DNA of 64,000 nt from Phycisphaerae bacterium (GTDB lineage Bacteria > Planctomycetota > Phycisphaerae > UBA1845 > Fen-1342). Below the pieces are notes generated by a model, which saw nothing but the letters and a program-made list of their open reading frames with translations, had not been told where the DNA came from and did no database searches. This document shows positions 18,249 to 27,836 of this stretch, piece after piece (positions within the stretch are counted from its first letter, which is position 1; each line of letters opens with the position of its first letter). A program made the position numbers and the translations under genes. The stretch is taken from the NCBI GenBank assembly GCA_050115495.1, contig JASFQK010000001.1, forward strand, positions 96,001 to 160,000. The letters are read 5' to 3'.

Positions 18249-20444
18249 ATGTGTGCAGATTCGCCAACGCCGGATGAGAGCGCGACCAGTCGAGCGCCGG
18301 CTACCAAGCGCTGGCGCGGGTTCCTCTGCGGCGCGCTGCTCGTGCTCGGCGTCGTTGTCCTCGTTAGCGTTGTCTTCGGCTTCGGCCCCAGCGGCCTCCT
18401 CTACAACTCATACGACTACCGCGAGATTTTCACGTACCACAAGGCCTTCTGCCGGGACGCCGTGCAACAGGGCCGGCTGCCGCTCTGGACGCCGTACACC
18501 TTCAGCGGCTGGCCGTTCGCCGCCAACCCACTGACACAGACGTTCTACCCCCTGGCCTGGCTGACGCTCCCACTGCCGCAACCGCTGGCCGTCAATGCCG
18601 ATCTGATCCTGCATCTGTCGCTCGCGGCGGTGGGCACGTACCTGTTGCTCCGCCAGGTCTTCCGCGTGGGGCGCGGGGCAGCGTCGCTCGGCGCGCTGGT
18701 GTACACGTGCCAGGGGGCGAATCTCGGCAACGTGTTCGCGGGACACATCCAGTTTTATGCGGCGGCCGGCCTGCTGCCGTTCGTGTTGCTGGCGATCGAA
18801 CGGGCCTGCGGCGCGCTGAGCCAGCCATCACCCGGCGGAGACGAGAGCCCGCCATCGAAGCGCGGGCCGCTGAAGCGAACCGGCCCGTGGGTCTGCCTGG
18901 GCGCTTTGCTGCTGGGGCTGCAACTGCTCAGTGGCGGGCTGCCGTATGTCTGGCTGACGCTCGTGTTGGCCGGGCTCTGGCGGGTCGGGAGCGTTTTGTG
19001 CCGCGCGCCGCTCGCCGGCCGCACCTGGGTTCGCGAATTGGGCGTCCTCGCCATCGTGACCGTAGCGGGCATCGGCATGGCGCTCGTGCAGCTTCTACCG
19101 AGCTACGAGCTGGCGTCGTTGTCGAACCGGCGGCAGGCGGGTTACGAGTATGCCGCGACCGGCTCGCTGCCCCCGAAATACCTGGGCCTGCTCGTCGATC
19201 CGTTCATGCACAGCGATCCGCAGGAGTCAATCTGGGAGTACTACGGCTACGTGGGCATGCTGCCCGTGTTGCTGGCCGCCGTCGGCCTGACGCAGCTTCG
19301 CCGGGAGCGACGCGTGATCGTTCTCGTCGCCCTGGCCGGGCTGGTGATTCTGTTCGCGCTGGGGCGCTACAGCTTCCTGTTTCCGTTGCTGTGGAAGTAC
19401 GTACCCGGCTTCGACCTCTTCCGTGTCCCGGCGCGGGCGCTGCTCCTGGTGGGGCTGGTCATCGGCGTGCTCAGCGCGCTCGGGCTGGATGCGATCGGGA
19501 CGTGGCTCCGCCGTAGCCGGGCCACCGCTGCCCAATGGGGCGTTCTCCTGGCGGGCCTCGTCTGCGTCGCCACGCTAGCCGACACCACGGTCTGCGCGCG
19601 TTTGAACCGCGACCGCCTGATCCTCTCGGACCACGGCTTCATGGATGAACCGATACGCCGCCATCTCGCGGATGCGCTGGCGCACGACCGCTCCTGGTAC
19701 CGCTTCTGGATGCCACGGGCTCTCCTCCGCGAAAACCACGCGTACGCGGTCCACGCCCGCAGCCTCACCGGCTACGACAACATGATCCCCCTCCGATACA
19801 GCCGCTTCGTCCACGCGATGACCGATACGGCGATCAAGCCCGAACTCGTCAACATCATTACGCAGGCCACGTTCAGGAACATGCCCGGGCCGTTCCCGTT
19901 CAAGATCCTCGGCGTGAAATACGCGGCGTACAGGAACGACCTGCCGACGCGCCCGGAGCCCGTGCGCCGGGCGTGGTTCGCCAGGCGCACCGTGTGTGTG
20001 CCGGACGAGCACGCCGCTTTGCAGTACATGCGCAGCGACGCTTTCCAACCCGACGGGGAGGTCGTGCTCGAGCCCGCGGAAGCAGAGTTGCTCGGCATCG
20101 AAGCCAAAGCCGCCGCCGCGCAAGCGAGCCCGCCGGCCGAACCGGTCGAAGTGAAGATCGAGGAGCCCTGTCCGGAACAGCTCGATATCACCTTCGGTCC
20201 GCACGGAGACGGTTACCTCGTGCTCTCCGAGACCTACTACCCCGGCTGGAAAGCACAGGTGAACGGCACGCCCGTGCCCGTCTGCCGCGCTGATTCAATC
20301 CTTCGCTGCGTGCCGCTCAAGGCCGGCGACCAGCACGTGCGCATGACGTACGCACCGGCCAGCCTGCGCTACGGCGCGCTCGGCTCGGCGATGACGTTGC
20401 TGTTGCTTGTCGTCGTGCTGTGGCGATGTCGCCGGGCGACCTGA
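18249..20444 (+). CDS. YfhO-family membrane glycosyltransferase (GT-C-like)
   Basis: GRLPLWTPYTFSGWPFAANP..FYP, QLLPSYEL..S.R, FRVPAR, LVLSETYYPGWKA. Confidence 0.85.
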   Translation: MCADSPTPDESATSRAPATKRWRGFLCGALLVLGVVVLVSVVFGFGPSGLLYNSYDYREIFTYHKAFCRDAVQQGRLPLWTPYTFSGWPFAANPLTQTFYPLAWLTLPLPQPLAVNADLILHLSLAAVGTYLLLRQVFRVGRGAASLGALVYTCQGANLGNVFAGHIQFYAAAGLLPFVLLAIERACGALSQPSPGGDESPPSKRGPLKRTGPWVCLGALLLGLQLLSGGLPYVWLTLVLAGLWRVGSVLCRAPLAGRTWVRELGVLAIVTVAGIGMALVQLLPSYELASLSNRRQAGYEYAATGSLPPKYLGLLVDPFMHSDPQESIWEYYGYVGMLPVLLAAVGLTQLRRERRVIVLVALAGLVILFALGRYSFLFPLLWKYVPGFDLFRVPARALLLVGLVIGVLSALGLDAIGTWLRRSRATAAQWGVLLAGLVCVATLADTTVCARLNRDRLILSDHGFMDEPIRRHLADALAHDRSWYRFWMPRALLRENHAYAVHARSLTGYDNMIPLRYSRFVHAMTDTAIKPELVNIITQATFRNMPGPFPFKILGVKYAAYRNDLPTRPEPVRRAWFARRTVCVPDEHAALQYMRSDAFQPDGEVVLEPAEAELLGIEAKAAAAQASPPAEPVEVKIEEPCPEQLDITFGPHGDGYLVLSETYYPGWKAQVNGTPVPVCRADSILRCVPLKAGDQHVRMTYAPASLRYGALGSAMTLLLLVVVLWRCRRAT

Positions 20445-20487
20445 GAACGAACACAGCCTCCACGGCGGTCACCTGACAACCGCCAAC

Positions 20488-21624
20488 TCACGGAATAACC
20501 TGACCCACCGTCTCCGTCGTCATTCCCACCGGATCACCCGCGATCACCGAGCCCGTCGGATACCACAACGACACCGTCCGTGACTCCTCGTCATTCAACA
20601 ACGCCACGTGCGCATCGAAGAACAACGCGTGGATCCCGCCGTCGTTGTCCTGGCACGCGCCCGAATCCCCCGCTCCGTGTGGCGGAAGCGGACTCCGCGC
20701 ATCCGGCAACACGTGCCGGTACGAGAACAACAGGTTCAGCCCGCCTGACTCACTTCCCGCCGGCAGCACCACCCCGTCCCAGTTCTCCGTCCCCTCGCGC
20801 ACACCGTACGCATTCGAGATCGGCGACCACGGCCCCTCCGTCGCGAAACCGCCGTACCAACCCGGCGCAATCCGCACGTCCACCTGCGCGTCGCCATTGG
20901 TGTCCACGTACCGCGTGCCGTCCGCCGCGAACACCTTCGCCGCCGGCGGTCCCACGCGGTCCAGGCGCGACACGTAGTCCTCGTTCACCACGGGCCAGTT
21001 CGACGGCGGCACCTCCGCATACACCGGAATGCTCGGGAAGCCATCGAGCACGGCCAGCACCGTACCGCTGTGCTGCTGCCCCCAGTACGAGAAATACATC
21101 GGCGACAGGTAGCTGCCGGCCGGCCACGTGAACTCCTCGAAATCCGCCTTGTCCGGCGCTCCCGCCGCAGACCACACTTCCGCCGACCGCCACTGCTGCG
21201 GACACTTCAGCTCGGTCCACAGCGTGTGCCAGCGTTCCGCCCGGTTGGCCGGCAGCTCGTGCGCATAGCGGGCCAGCGGCGTCATCCAGTCCGCCGTCTG
21301 CACCGGCAGCGCGGGGTCGTGCAGCACGTCCGGGTTCCCCTGCCACAACAACCGCTTGGTCCGCAGTGCCACCGCCGACGTATTGATGCCCGGCAACCAG
21401 CCCCCGTGATCCTTCGCGTACATGTGCAGCGCCGCCCCCAGCGCCCGCAGGTTCCGCTGACACGAAACACGCCGCGCCCGCCCGTTGGCATAGCTGGCCG
21501 CCGGCCACAACAACAGACCGAGCACGCCGACCACCAACACCAGAACCAACACCTCAACCAGCGTAAACGCCCGACACCCTCGCCCAGTCCCGACACTCAC
21601 CACAAGATGGTACTTCCTGGACAT
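20488..21624 (-). CDS. Prepilin-type/H-X9-DG (DUF1559-like) protein, paralog B
   Basis: RA/FTLVEVL, CQRNLRALG, YRH...IHALFFDAHV; shares long blocks with 16744-17853. Confidence 0.85.
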   Translation of the reverse strand: MSRKYHLVVSVGTGRGCRAFTLVEVLVLVLVVGVLGLLLWPAASYANGRARRVSCQRNLRALGAALHMYAKDHGGWLPGINTSAVALRTKRLLWQGNPDVLHDPALPVQTADWMTPLARYAHELPANRAERWHTLWTELKCPQQWRSAEVWSAAGAPDKADFEEFTWPAGSYLSPMYFSYWGQQHSGTVLAVLDGFPSIPVYAEVPPSNWPVVNEDYVSRLDRVGPPAAKVFAADGTRYVDTNGDAQVDVRIAPGWYGGFATEGPWSPISNAYGVREGTENWDGVVLPAGSESGGLNLLFSYRHVLPDARSPLPPHGAGDSGACQDNDGGIHALFFDAHVALLNDEESRTVSLWYPTGSVIAGDPVGMTTETVGQVIP

Positions 21625-21751
21625 GTCGACACCCTCCACATCTGCACCCCCATGCCCCGATCCACCACACCAGGAACCAGCCGCGGAACACCCGGACTGC
21701 GACCTGCCCCGGCCCGTGTGCCCCCGATAACCCCCACGCCCGCCGCCAGCG

Positions 21752-22153
21752 TCACTCCCCCGCCGGCAGCTTGATTCCATGCGGCACCGCCTGCCGCTGC
21801 TCGTCCACCGCCACGTACGTGATCATCGCCTCCGTCACCGCGACGCACTCACGCGGCGCCGAGAACCGCTCCGCCACCACCCCCACGTGCACCGTCAGCG
21901 ACGTCCGCCCCACCCGCCGCACCGCCGTGTAGAAACTCAACACATCCCCCACAAACACCGGCTCATGGAACTCCACACTGTCCATCGCCACCGTCACGAA
22001 ATGATGCGGCCCCAGCTCCTGAGCCGCCACCGCGCCCGCCTGGTCGATGTAGCTCAACAACACCCCGCCGAAAATCGTTCCCTGCGGATTCGTGTCCCGC
22101 GGCATCATGATGACGCGAATCGCCGGCGCCGGCTGTTCCGCTACATCACCCAT
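21752..22153 (-). CDS. Acyl-CoA thioesterase (hotdog fold, YciA-like)
   Basis: MPRDTNPQGTIFGGVLLSYIDQAG, VTVAMDSVEFHEPVFVGD. Confidence 0.9.
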   Translation of the reverse strand: MGDVAEQPAPAIRVIMMPRDTNPQGTIFGGVLLSYIDQAGAVAAQELGPHHFVTVAMDSVEFHEPVFVGDVLSFYTAVRRVGRTSLTVHVGVVAERFSAPRECVAVTEAMITYVAVDEQRQAVPHGIKLPAGE

Positions 22154-22175
22154 CGCACCACTCCCTCGCGCCCCC

Positions 22176-23174
22176 TCAACCCTCGTCCAACGCCGCGACC
22201 GCAGCCGTCACCACCGCCGGCACGACCTCGTCCCACCGCCCCGCCACGCGCGCCCCCGCCGCCCGGGCATGCCCACCTCCGCCGAACTGCCGCGCCAGCG
22301 CCGCCACATCCAACGCATTGCGACTGCGGAAGTTAATGCGGATCACTCCCGGCTGCTCCGTGCACAACACCGTCGCCTCAATCCCCCCCAGCCGACCCGC
22401 CTCGTTGACCAGGTCCTCCGTCTCGTTCGGGTCCGCGCCGGCGGCCACGAAATCCGCCTCCCGCAAACCCATCACTGCCAGCTTCCCGCCCGCATGCAGC
22501 TCCAGCGAATCCAGCATCCGCGCCACCAGCCGCAGCTTCGCCGGCGGATCCTGCTGATACACCGCTCCGTAGATCCCGTTCGGCGACGCCCCCGCTGCCA
22601 CCAGCTCCGCCACCACCCGTAGCGTCCGGGCGTCCGTGTTCGGAAACCGGAACCACCCGCAATCCGTCGCGATCCCCGTGAACAGCGCCGTGGCCATCAG
22701 CGGCGAACAGGCCACCTGCGTCGCCCGCACCCACTCCGCGATCAGCAGGCAAACCGCACTGGCACTCACATCGATCAGCCGCAGATCTCCCGGCCGCTCC
22801 CCGATCGCATCCCGCGTCGTGTGATGGTCGATCACCAGCGTCCGCGGCGCCTGCGGCAGCCACTCCGCCACCGGCTCGAGCTGGGCCAGCGCGCACGTGT
22901 CCACGACGATAACCGCATCGCACTCCCGCCGCAGGCGCTCTCCCTCCGTCTTCCAATCCGTCCAGCGGGCCGCCTCCTGGAAGTACGTGTACCGCCAGGG
23001 AAACGGTTCGTACAGCGCCGCCGCCGGCCGGGCCCCCCGCTGCCCCAGGGCCAGGGCCAGTCCGCCCATCGCTCCGAGCGCATCACCGTCCGGCCGCTGG
23101 TGGGTCAACAGCAGCGGACGTTGACACTCCGACAGCCACTCCATCACGTTGTGATAATCCTGCTCGGCGATCAT
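22176..23174 (-). CDS. nrnA: DHH/DHHA1 oligoribonuclease / pAp phosphatase
   Basis: H..PDGDA, VVDT, IDHH, TDCG.F, GGGGH..AAG. Confidence 0.88.
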   Translation of the reverse strand: MIAEQDYHNVMEWLSECQRPLLLTHQRPDGDALGAMGGLALALGQRGARPAAALYEPFPWRYTYFQEAARWTDWKTEGERLRRECDAVIVVDTCALAQLEPVAEWLPQAPRTLVIDHHTTRDAIGERPGDLRLIDVSASAVCLLIAEWVRATQVACSPLMATALFTGIATDCGWFRFPNTDARTLRVVAELVAAGASPNGIYGAVYQQDPPAKLRLVARMLDSLELHAGGKLAVMGLREADFVAAGADPNETEDLVNEAGRLGGIEATVLCTEQPGVIRINFRSRNALDVAALARQFGGGGHARAAGARVAGRWDEVVPAVVTAAVAALDEG

Positions 23175-23227
23175 GATGTCCCGGATTGTAACCGCCGAGC
23201 CGGCCACCCGCAGCCGAGGACATTGTT

Positions 23228-24301
23228 GTGCCCACGCTCCCGCAGCTCATCGACCCCGAGCACTACCGACCCTGCTCCTGGGATCTCGCCGCCGAACCGC
23301 GCGACCTGGCCTACTGGATCGACCTCTTCTGCCAGCACCTGCACCTGCTCGTCGAGCTCATCCACGCCGAGTATCCCGACACTCCCGCCGACCGCGTGGC
23401 CGCCTTCGAGCGCGACTATCTCGACACCATGCACGCCGTCCAGGCCAACCAGCCCCCCCGACCCCGCCGCGATGTCCTCCTGTTGACGCACCTCCGCCGG
23501 CTGCTCTGCGAGCGCTGGGGCTTCCCCGACCCCTTCCTGGGCATCAAGCGCCGGGAAAGTGCCGCCGCCCTGGAACTGCTCCCGGAACTCCTGGCCGAGC
23601 TCGATGCCACCCCGCCCGCCGAAATCGCTCCCCTCCTCGCCCGGGGCCTGATGGCCGGAAACGTCTTCGACCTCGGCTCCATGCCCACGATTGAGCGTTA
23701 CCGCTCCCGGAACCACATCTTCCAGCAGGCCCGCGCCGACCAGCCGCCCCGACCCTGGCACGTCGACCACCTCGACCGCTGGCTCGCCGGCGGCTCCGTC
23801 CCCCCGACCTACCGCCACGCGATCTTCTTCGTCGACAACGCCGGCAGCGACATCTGCCTCGGCTGCCTGCCGCTGGCCCGCTGGCTCGTCGCCGGCGGAG
23901 CACGCGTCACCTTCGCCGCCAACACCGGCCCGGCCCTGAACGACGTGACCGCGGAGGAATTGACCGATCTGCTCCGCACCCACCCCGTCACCACCGACTC
24001 CGTCCTCGGCCCCGCCCTGGCCGCCGGCACACTGGATGTCGTCCCCTCCGGCTGCATAGTGCCTCTGCTCGACCTCACCGCCCTCTCGCCGGCCTGCGTC
24101 GCCGCCGCCGAGGACGCCGACCTGATCATGCTCCACGGCATGGGCCGCGCCATCGAGAGCAACTACCACGCCCGCCTGACCTGCGACACGCTGCGCACGG
24201 CCGTCCTCAAAGACCCCGCCGTAGCCGCTCATTTCGGCGGCCGGCTGTTCGACTGCGTGTTCGACTTCGCCCCTGCGGGCGCAACCCGCCTTCTGGGTTG
24301 A
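23228..24301 (+). CDS. DUF89/ARMT1-like damage-control phosphatase (PANK4 C-terminal-like)
   Basis: AGNVFDLG, FFVDNAGSD..LG.LP, AAN..PALND, GMGRAIESN. Confidence 0.8.
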   Translation: MPTLPQLIDPEHYRPCSWDLAAEPRDLAYWIDLFCQHLHLLVELIHAEYPDTPADRVAAFERDYLDTMHAVQANQPPRPRRDVLLLTHLRRLLCERWGFPDPFLGIKRRESAAALELLPELLAELDATPPAEIAPLLARGLMAGNVFDLGSMPTIERYRSRNHIFQQARADQPPRPWHVDHLDRWLAGGSVPPTYRHAIFFVDNAGSDICLGCLPLARWLVAGGARVTFAANTGPALNDVTAEELTDLLRTHPVTTDSVLGPALAAGTLDVVPSGCIVPLLDLTALSPACVAAAEDADLIMLHGMGRAIESNYHARLTCDTLRTAVLKDPAVAAHFGGRLFDCVFDFAPAGATRLLG

Positions 24302-24413
24302 CTTTGGCGGGGGAGGCGGTTATCACACAGGTCAATCGGCAAGCGGGAAAGGGTCCGATCACGTGCTGCGCGCCGGGGCGTGCGCTCCGTTCTTTCGTCA
24401 GTGAGGCAATCCA

Positions 24414-24965
24414 ATGGCAGACCAGTCCAAGGCACCCAAAGAACGCATCAATATTACTTATCGCCCGGCGACGAACACCAAAGAGCAGAAGGAACTGCCT
24501 TTCCGGATGGCCATGCTCGGCGACTTCACACTCAAGCCGGACGATACGCCGCTCGAAGAGCGCAAGACCATCCGCGTCGACAAGGACAACTTCAACGACG
24601 TGATGAAGAGCCAGGACCTCGGCACCACCATCAACGTCGCCAACAAGCTCTCCGGCGAAGAAGGCGCCGAGATGGGCGTCCAGCTCAAGTTCTCGACGCT
24701 CAAGGACTTCGAGCCCGAGCAGATCGCCCGCCAGGTTCCCGAGCTCAACCAGCTTCTTCAGACGCGCGAGGCGCTCAACGCGCTCAAGGCGCCCCTCGCC
24801 AACAAGCGCGCCTTCCAGAAGCGTATCGCCGAGATCGTGCAGGACGAGGCGACCCGACAGAAACTCATGGAGATCTTCCAGCAGACCGCCGGCTCAGGCG
24901 AAGAGGGCTCTGCTCCCGCTCCCGACGCCGGCGGTGGCGAGGGCGGCGAAGGCGGCGCCCAGTAA
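24414..24965 (+). CDS. tssB: T6SS contractile sheath small subunit
   Basis: APKERINITY, ELPFRMAMLGDF, F..LKDFEPEQIARQVPEL..LL..R.AL..LK.PL.N. Confidence 0.95.
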   Translation: MADQSKAPKERINITYRPATNTKEQKELPFRMAMLGDFTLKPDDTPLEERKTIRVDKDNFNDVMKSQDLGTTINVANKLSGEEGAEMGVQLKFSTLKDFEPEQIARQVPELNQLLQTREALNALKAPLANKRAFQKRIAEIVQDEATRQKLMEIFQQTAGSGEEGSAPAPDAGGGEGGEGGAQ

Positions 24966-25049
24966 CGCCGCTTTCCACCTATACCCAGCGCTCCGCGCAG
25001 ACACCACGCCGGCCCGGCCGGCCGAACGACATGCTCTTGGAGGTTTGTC

Positions 25050-26525
25050 ATGGCTGATGCACCGCAGGCTCAGGAAGCCGCTCGTGAGTACCCCGAAGAT
25101 GTGTCCTCTCTCCTCGACGAACTAACCGTCGCCACGGGGATCAAGGACAAGGAAGCCGCCCGCATCGCCCGCCGCGGCGTCGAGCAGTTCCTGGCCAACC
25201 TGGTCACCTCCCCGGCCGAGAAGATCGACAAGGCCCTCATCGACGCCTACATCGCCGAGCTCGACCACAAGCTCAGCGCTCAGGTCGACGAGATCCTCCA
25301 CAACCAGGACGTCCAGAAACTCGAATCCGCTTGGCGCGGCCTGAAGTTCGTCATCGACCAGACCAATTTCCGCGAGAACATCAAGATCGACATTCTCAAC
25401 GTCTCCAAGGACGAGCTCCTCGACGACTTCGAGAATTCGCCCGAGATCCCCAAGTCCGGCCTCTATCAGCACATATACACCGCCGAGTTCGGCACCGCCG
25501 GCGGCGAACCCTTTGGCGCCATGGTCGCCAACTACGAGTTCGGCCCCGGCCCCCGCGACGTCGCCCTGGCCCAGCGCGTCTCCGCCGTGGCCGCCATGTC
25601 GCACTGCCCCTTCATCGCCGCCACCGGCCCGGAGATGTTCGGCATCGAGGACTTCCAGGAATTGCCCAAGCTCAAGGACCTCGAGAGCGTCTTCAGCGGC
25701 CCGCAGTACACCAAGTGGAACTCGTTCCGCGACTCCCCCGATTCGCGGTACTTCGCCCTGACCATGCCGCGCTTCCTGCTGCGGCACCCCTACGACCCCG
25801 ATGCCAACCCGGTCAAGGCCTTCAACTACGAGGAAAAGGTCACCGACAACCACGGCAAGTACCTGTGGGGCAACGCCGCCTTCGCCTTCGCCACCCGCCT
25901 GACCGACGCCTTCGCCGGCACCCGCTGGACGATGAACTGCACCGGTCCCCAGGCCGGCGGCATGGTCGAAAACCTCATCCTCCACCAGTACAAGACCCTC
26001 GAAGGCATCGAGACCAAGATCCCCACCGAGGTCATGATCAGCGACCGCCGCGAGTTCGAGCTCGCCGAGTGCGGCTTCATCGGCCTCACCATGTACAAGA
26101 ACACGGACAAGGCCTGCTTCTTCAGCGCCAACTCCGTCCAGAAGCCCAAGAGCTTCCCCAACACCGAAGAGGGCATGCGCGACCAGACCAACTACAAGCT
26201 CGGCACGCGCCTCCCCTATATGATGATGATCTCCCGCCTCGCCCACTATCTGAAGGTCATCCAGCGCGACAACCTCCAGACCTGGCAGACCCCGACCAAG
26301 ATGCAGACCGAACTCAACGAGTGGATGCGGCAGTACGCGGCGGACATGGACAACCCCACCGCCGAAGTCGCCAACCGCCGCCCCATCCGCAAGTTCGCCA
26401 TCAACGTCGCCGAGGTCCCGGGCGAGGTCGGCTTCTACAAGGTCGATCTCCAGGTCATGCCCCACATCAAGTTCGAGGGCGCCAACTTCACGCTCTCGCT
26501 CGTGGGCAAGCTCGACGCGAGCTAG
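25050..26525 (+). CDS. tssC: T6SS contractile sheath large subunit
   Basis: LESAWRGLKFV, AAMSHCPFI, PRFLLR.PY, YLWGN, CFFSANS.QKP, RLAHYLKVIQR, LSLVGKL. Confidence 0.96.
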   Translation: MADAPQAQEAAREYPEDVSSLLDELTVATGIKDKEAARIARRGVEQFLANLVTSPAEKIDKALIDAYIAELDHKLSAQVDEILHNQDVQKLESAWRGLKFVIDQTNFRENIKIDILNVSKDELLDDFENSPEIPKSGLYQHIYTAEFGTAGGEPFGAMVANYEFGPGPRDVALAQRVSAVAAMSHCPFIAATGPEMFGIEDFQELPKLKDLESVFSGPQYTKWNSFRDSPDSRYFALTMPRFLLRHPYDPDANPVKAFNYEEKVTDNHGKYLWGNAAFAFATRLTDAFAGTRWTMNCTGPQAGGMVENLILHQYKTLEGIETKIPTEVMISDRREFELAECGFIGLTMYKNTDKACFFSANSVQKPKSFPNTEEGMRDQTNYKLGTRLPYMMMISRLAHYLKVIQRDNLQTWQTPTKMQTELNEWMRQYAADMDNPTAEVANRRPIRKFAINVAEVPGEVGFYKVDLQVMPHIKFEGANFTLSLVGKLDAS

Positions 26526-26667
26526 TCGGCGGACCGCCGCGGGCCCGCCGGCCCCGGTTCCGCCACCCGATGAGTGGGTACACAATTGCCCCGCTGGGCA
26601 GGCCCGATGCGGAACGCTCTGCCCAGCGGCCAGACCGGTTTCGGCCGGCTGCGCAGGTCTGTTTCGC

Positions 26668-26746
26668 TAAGCCGTTAAGCCCAAAGCAGTTAGCGAGGGC
26701 AGTCGATCGATAGCCATCCGGGACCCCCGCTGGAACGGAGCGTGCA
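26668..26746 (+). promoter_or_regulatory. Sigma54 (-24/-12) promoter of hcp with an upstream IHF-like site
   Basis: TGGAACGGAGCGTGCA (26731-26746; GG-N10-GC); TAAGCCGTT-N7-AAGCAGTTA palindrome at 26668-26692. Confidence 0.6.
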
Positions 26747-26868
26747 AGTACCCGTCTCGGACACCTGACTGAATGCTCCCGACGCCGTAAAGGGAAAGGG
26801 GCCTGCTGCGGGCCGTGCGGCGCCGGTCGCTGTCGAGAGAAACCACCCAAACCAAGGAGACACGAACT

Positions 26869-27354
26869 ATGCCTATGCCAGCCCACATGAGCCTCGATGG
26901 CCAGAACCAGGGTTCGATCCTCGGTTCCTGCGAGATGCAGGGCCGCGAGGACACCATCCTCGTCGAAGCCTTCAACCACGAGGTGCGTATCCCGCGCGAC
27001 CCGCAGAGCGGCCTGTCCACCGGCAAGCGCATCCACAACGCCCTCTCCATCGTCAAGGTCTACGACAAGTCCTCGCCCAAGCTCTACCAGGCCCTCTGTA
27101 CCGGCGAGCACCTCAAGAACGTCACCATCAAGTGGTACCGCATCGACCCCTCGGGCCAGGAAGAGCACTACTTCACACACACCCTCGAGGACGCCATCAT
27201 CGTCAGCATCCGCCCCTGGATGCCCAACTGCCTCGATCCCAAGACCGAGAGCTACACCCACATGGAAGAGGTGATGTTCACCTACAAGAAGATCCGCTGG
27301 ACGTGGGAAATTGACGGCATCGAGTCCGAGGACAGCTGGATCGTCCCGAAGTAG
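26869..27354 (+). CDS. hcp: T6SS tube protein Hcp
   Basis: MPMPAHM...G.I.GS....GRE, IPRDPQSG..TGKRIH, DKSSPKLYQALCTGE, HME.V.F.Y.KI.W. Confidence 0.96.
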   Translation: MPMPAHMSLDGQNQGSILGSCEMQGREDTILVEAFNHEVRIPRDPQSGLSTGKRIHNALSIVKVYDKSSPKLYQALCTGEHLKNVTIKWYRIDPSGQEEHYFTHTLEDAIIVSIRPWMPNCLDPKTESYTHMEEVMFTYKKIRWTWEIDGIESEDSWIVPK

Positions 27355-27455
27355 TCCCCCGGGCCACCAGGTAACACGCCGGCGGCGACCGCGGCCCAGC
27401 CGCCTCCCGCCGCCGTCGTGCCCGACCCATGAACCCAGGCCCCAGGAGAACCACC

Positions 27456-27761
27456 ATGGAAATGATCAGCCGTCCCGGAAGCCCCGCTCGCATCCACCTC
27501 GGCGGCAACTACGCACAGCCTGCGGTCTCCTTCGAGGCCATCCCCGGCGGAAACGATCTCGACCGCCTCGAATCCTACCTCGGTAACCGCAACTGTGGCG
27601 CACCTTACCACCCCGACGAAGAACGCCGCTCCGAGAATGTCCAGGAAGCCGGCGAGCGAAAGGGAGGCAGCGGCGTCGCTGAGCTCGAGATGCTCAAGCG
27701 CTTCTACGCCGTCCGCGATTCCCTCACCGACGTCTTCGTCCCCGGCAGCAGCAAGGTCTGA
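27456..27761 (+). CDS. Hypothetical 101-aa protein downstream of hcp
   Basis: AGGAG RBS, host-like codons, upstream of the terminator. Confidence 0.65.
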   Translation: MEMISRPGSPARIHLGGNYAQPAVSFEAIPGGNDLDRLESYLGNRNCGAPYHPDEERRSENVQEAGERKGGSGVAELEMLKRFYAVRDSLTDVFVPGSSKV

Positions 27762-27785
27762 CGACCAGCACCAGCCGGTAACCAC

Positions 27786-27828
27786 AACCGCCGATCGCTA
27801 CACCCCTCCAGCGATCGGCGGTTTTCTT
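27786..27828 (+). terminator. Rho-independent terminator closing the hcp unit
   Basis: AACCGCCGATCGCT...AGCGATCGGCGGTT followed by TTCTT. Confidence 0.8.
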
Positions 27829-27836
27829 ATGCGCCC

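Noticed and set aside
26757..26868. Riboswitch in the hcp leader
   Set aside because: GC-rich and foldable, but I could not match the conserved cores of c-di-GMP, c-di-AMP or ZTP riboswitches; needs an Rfam search.
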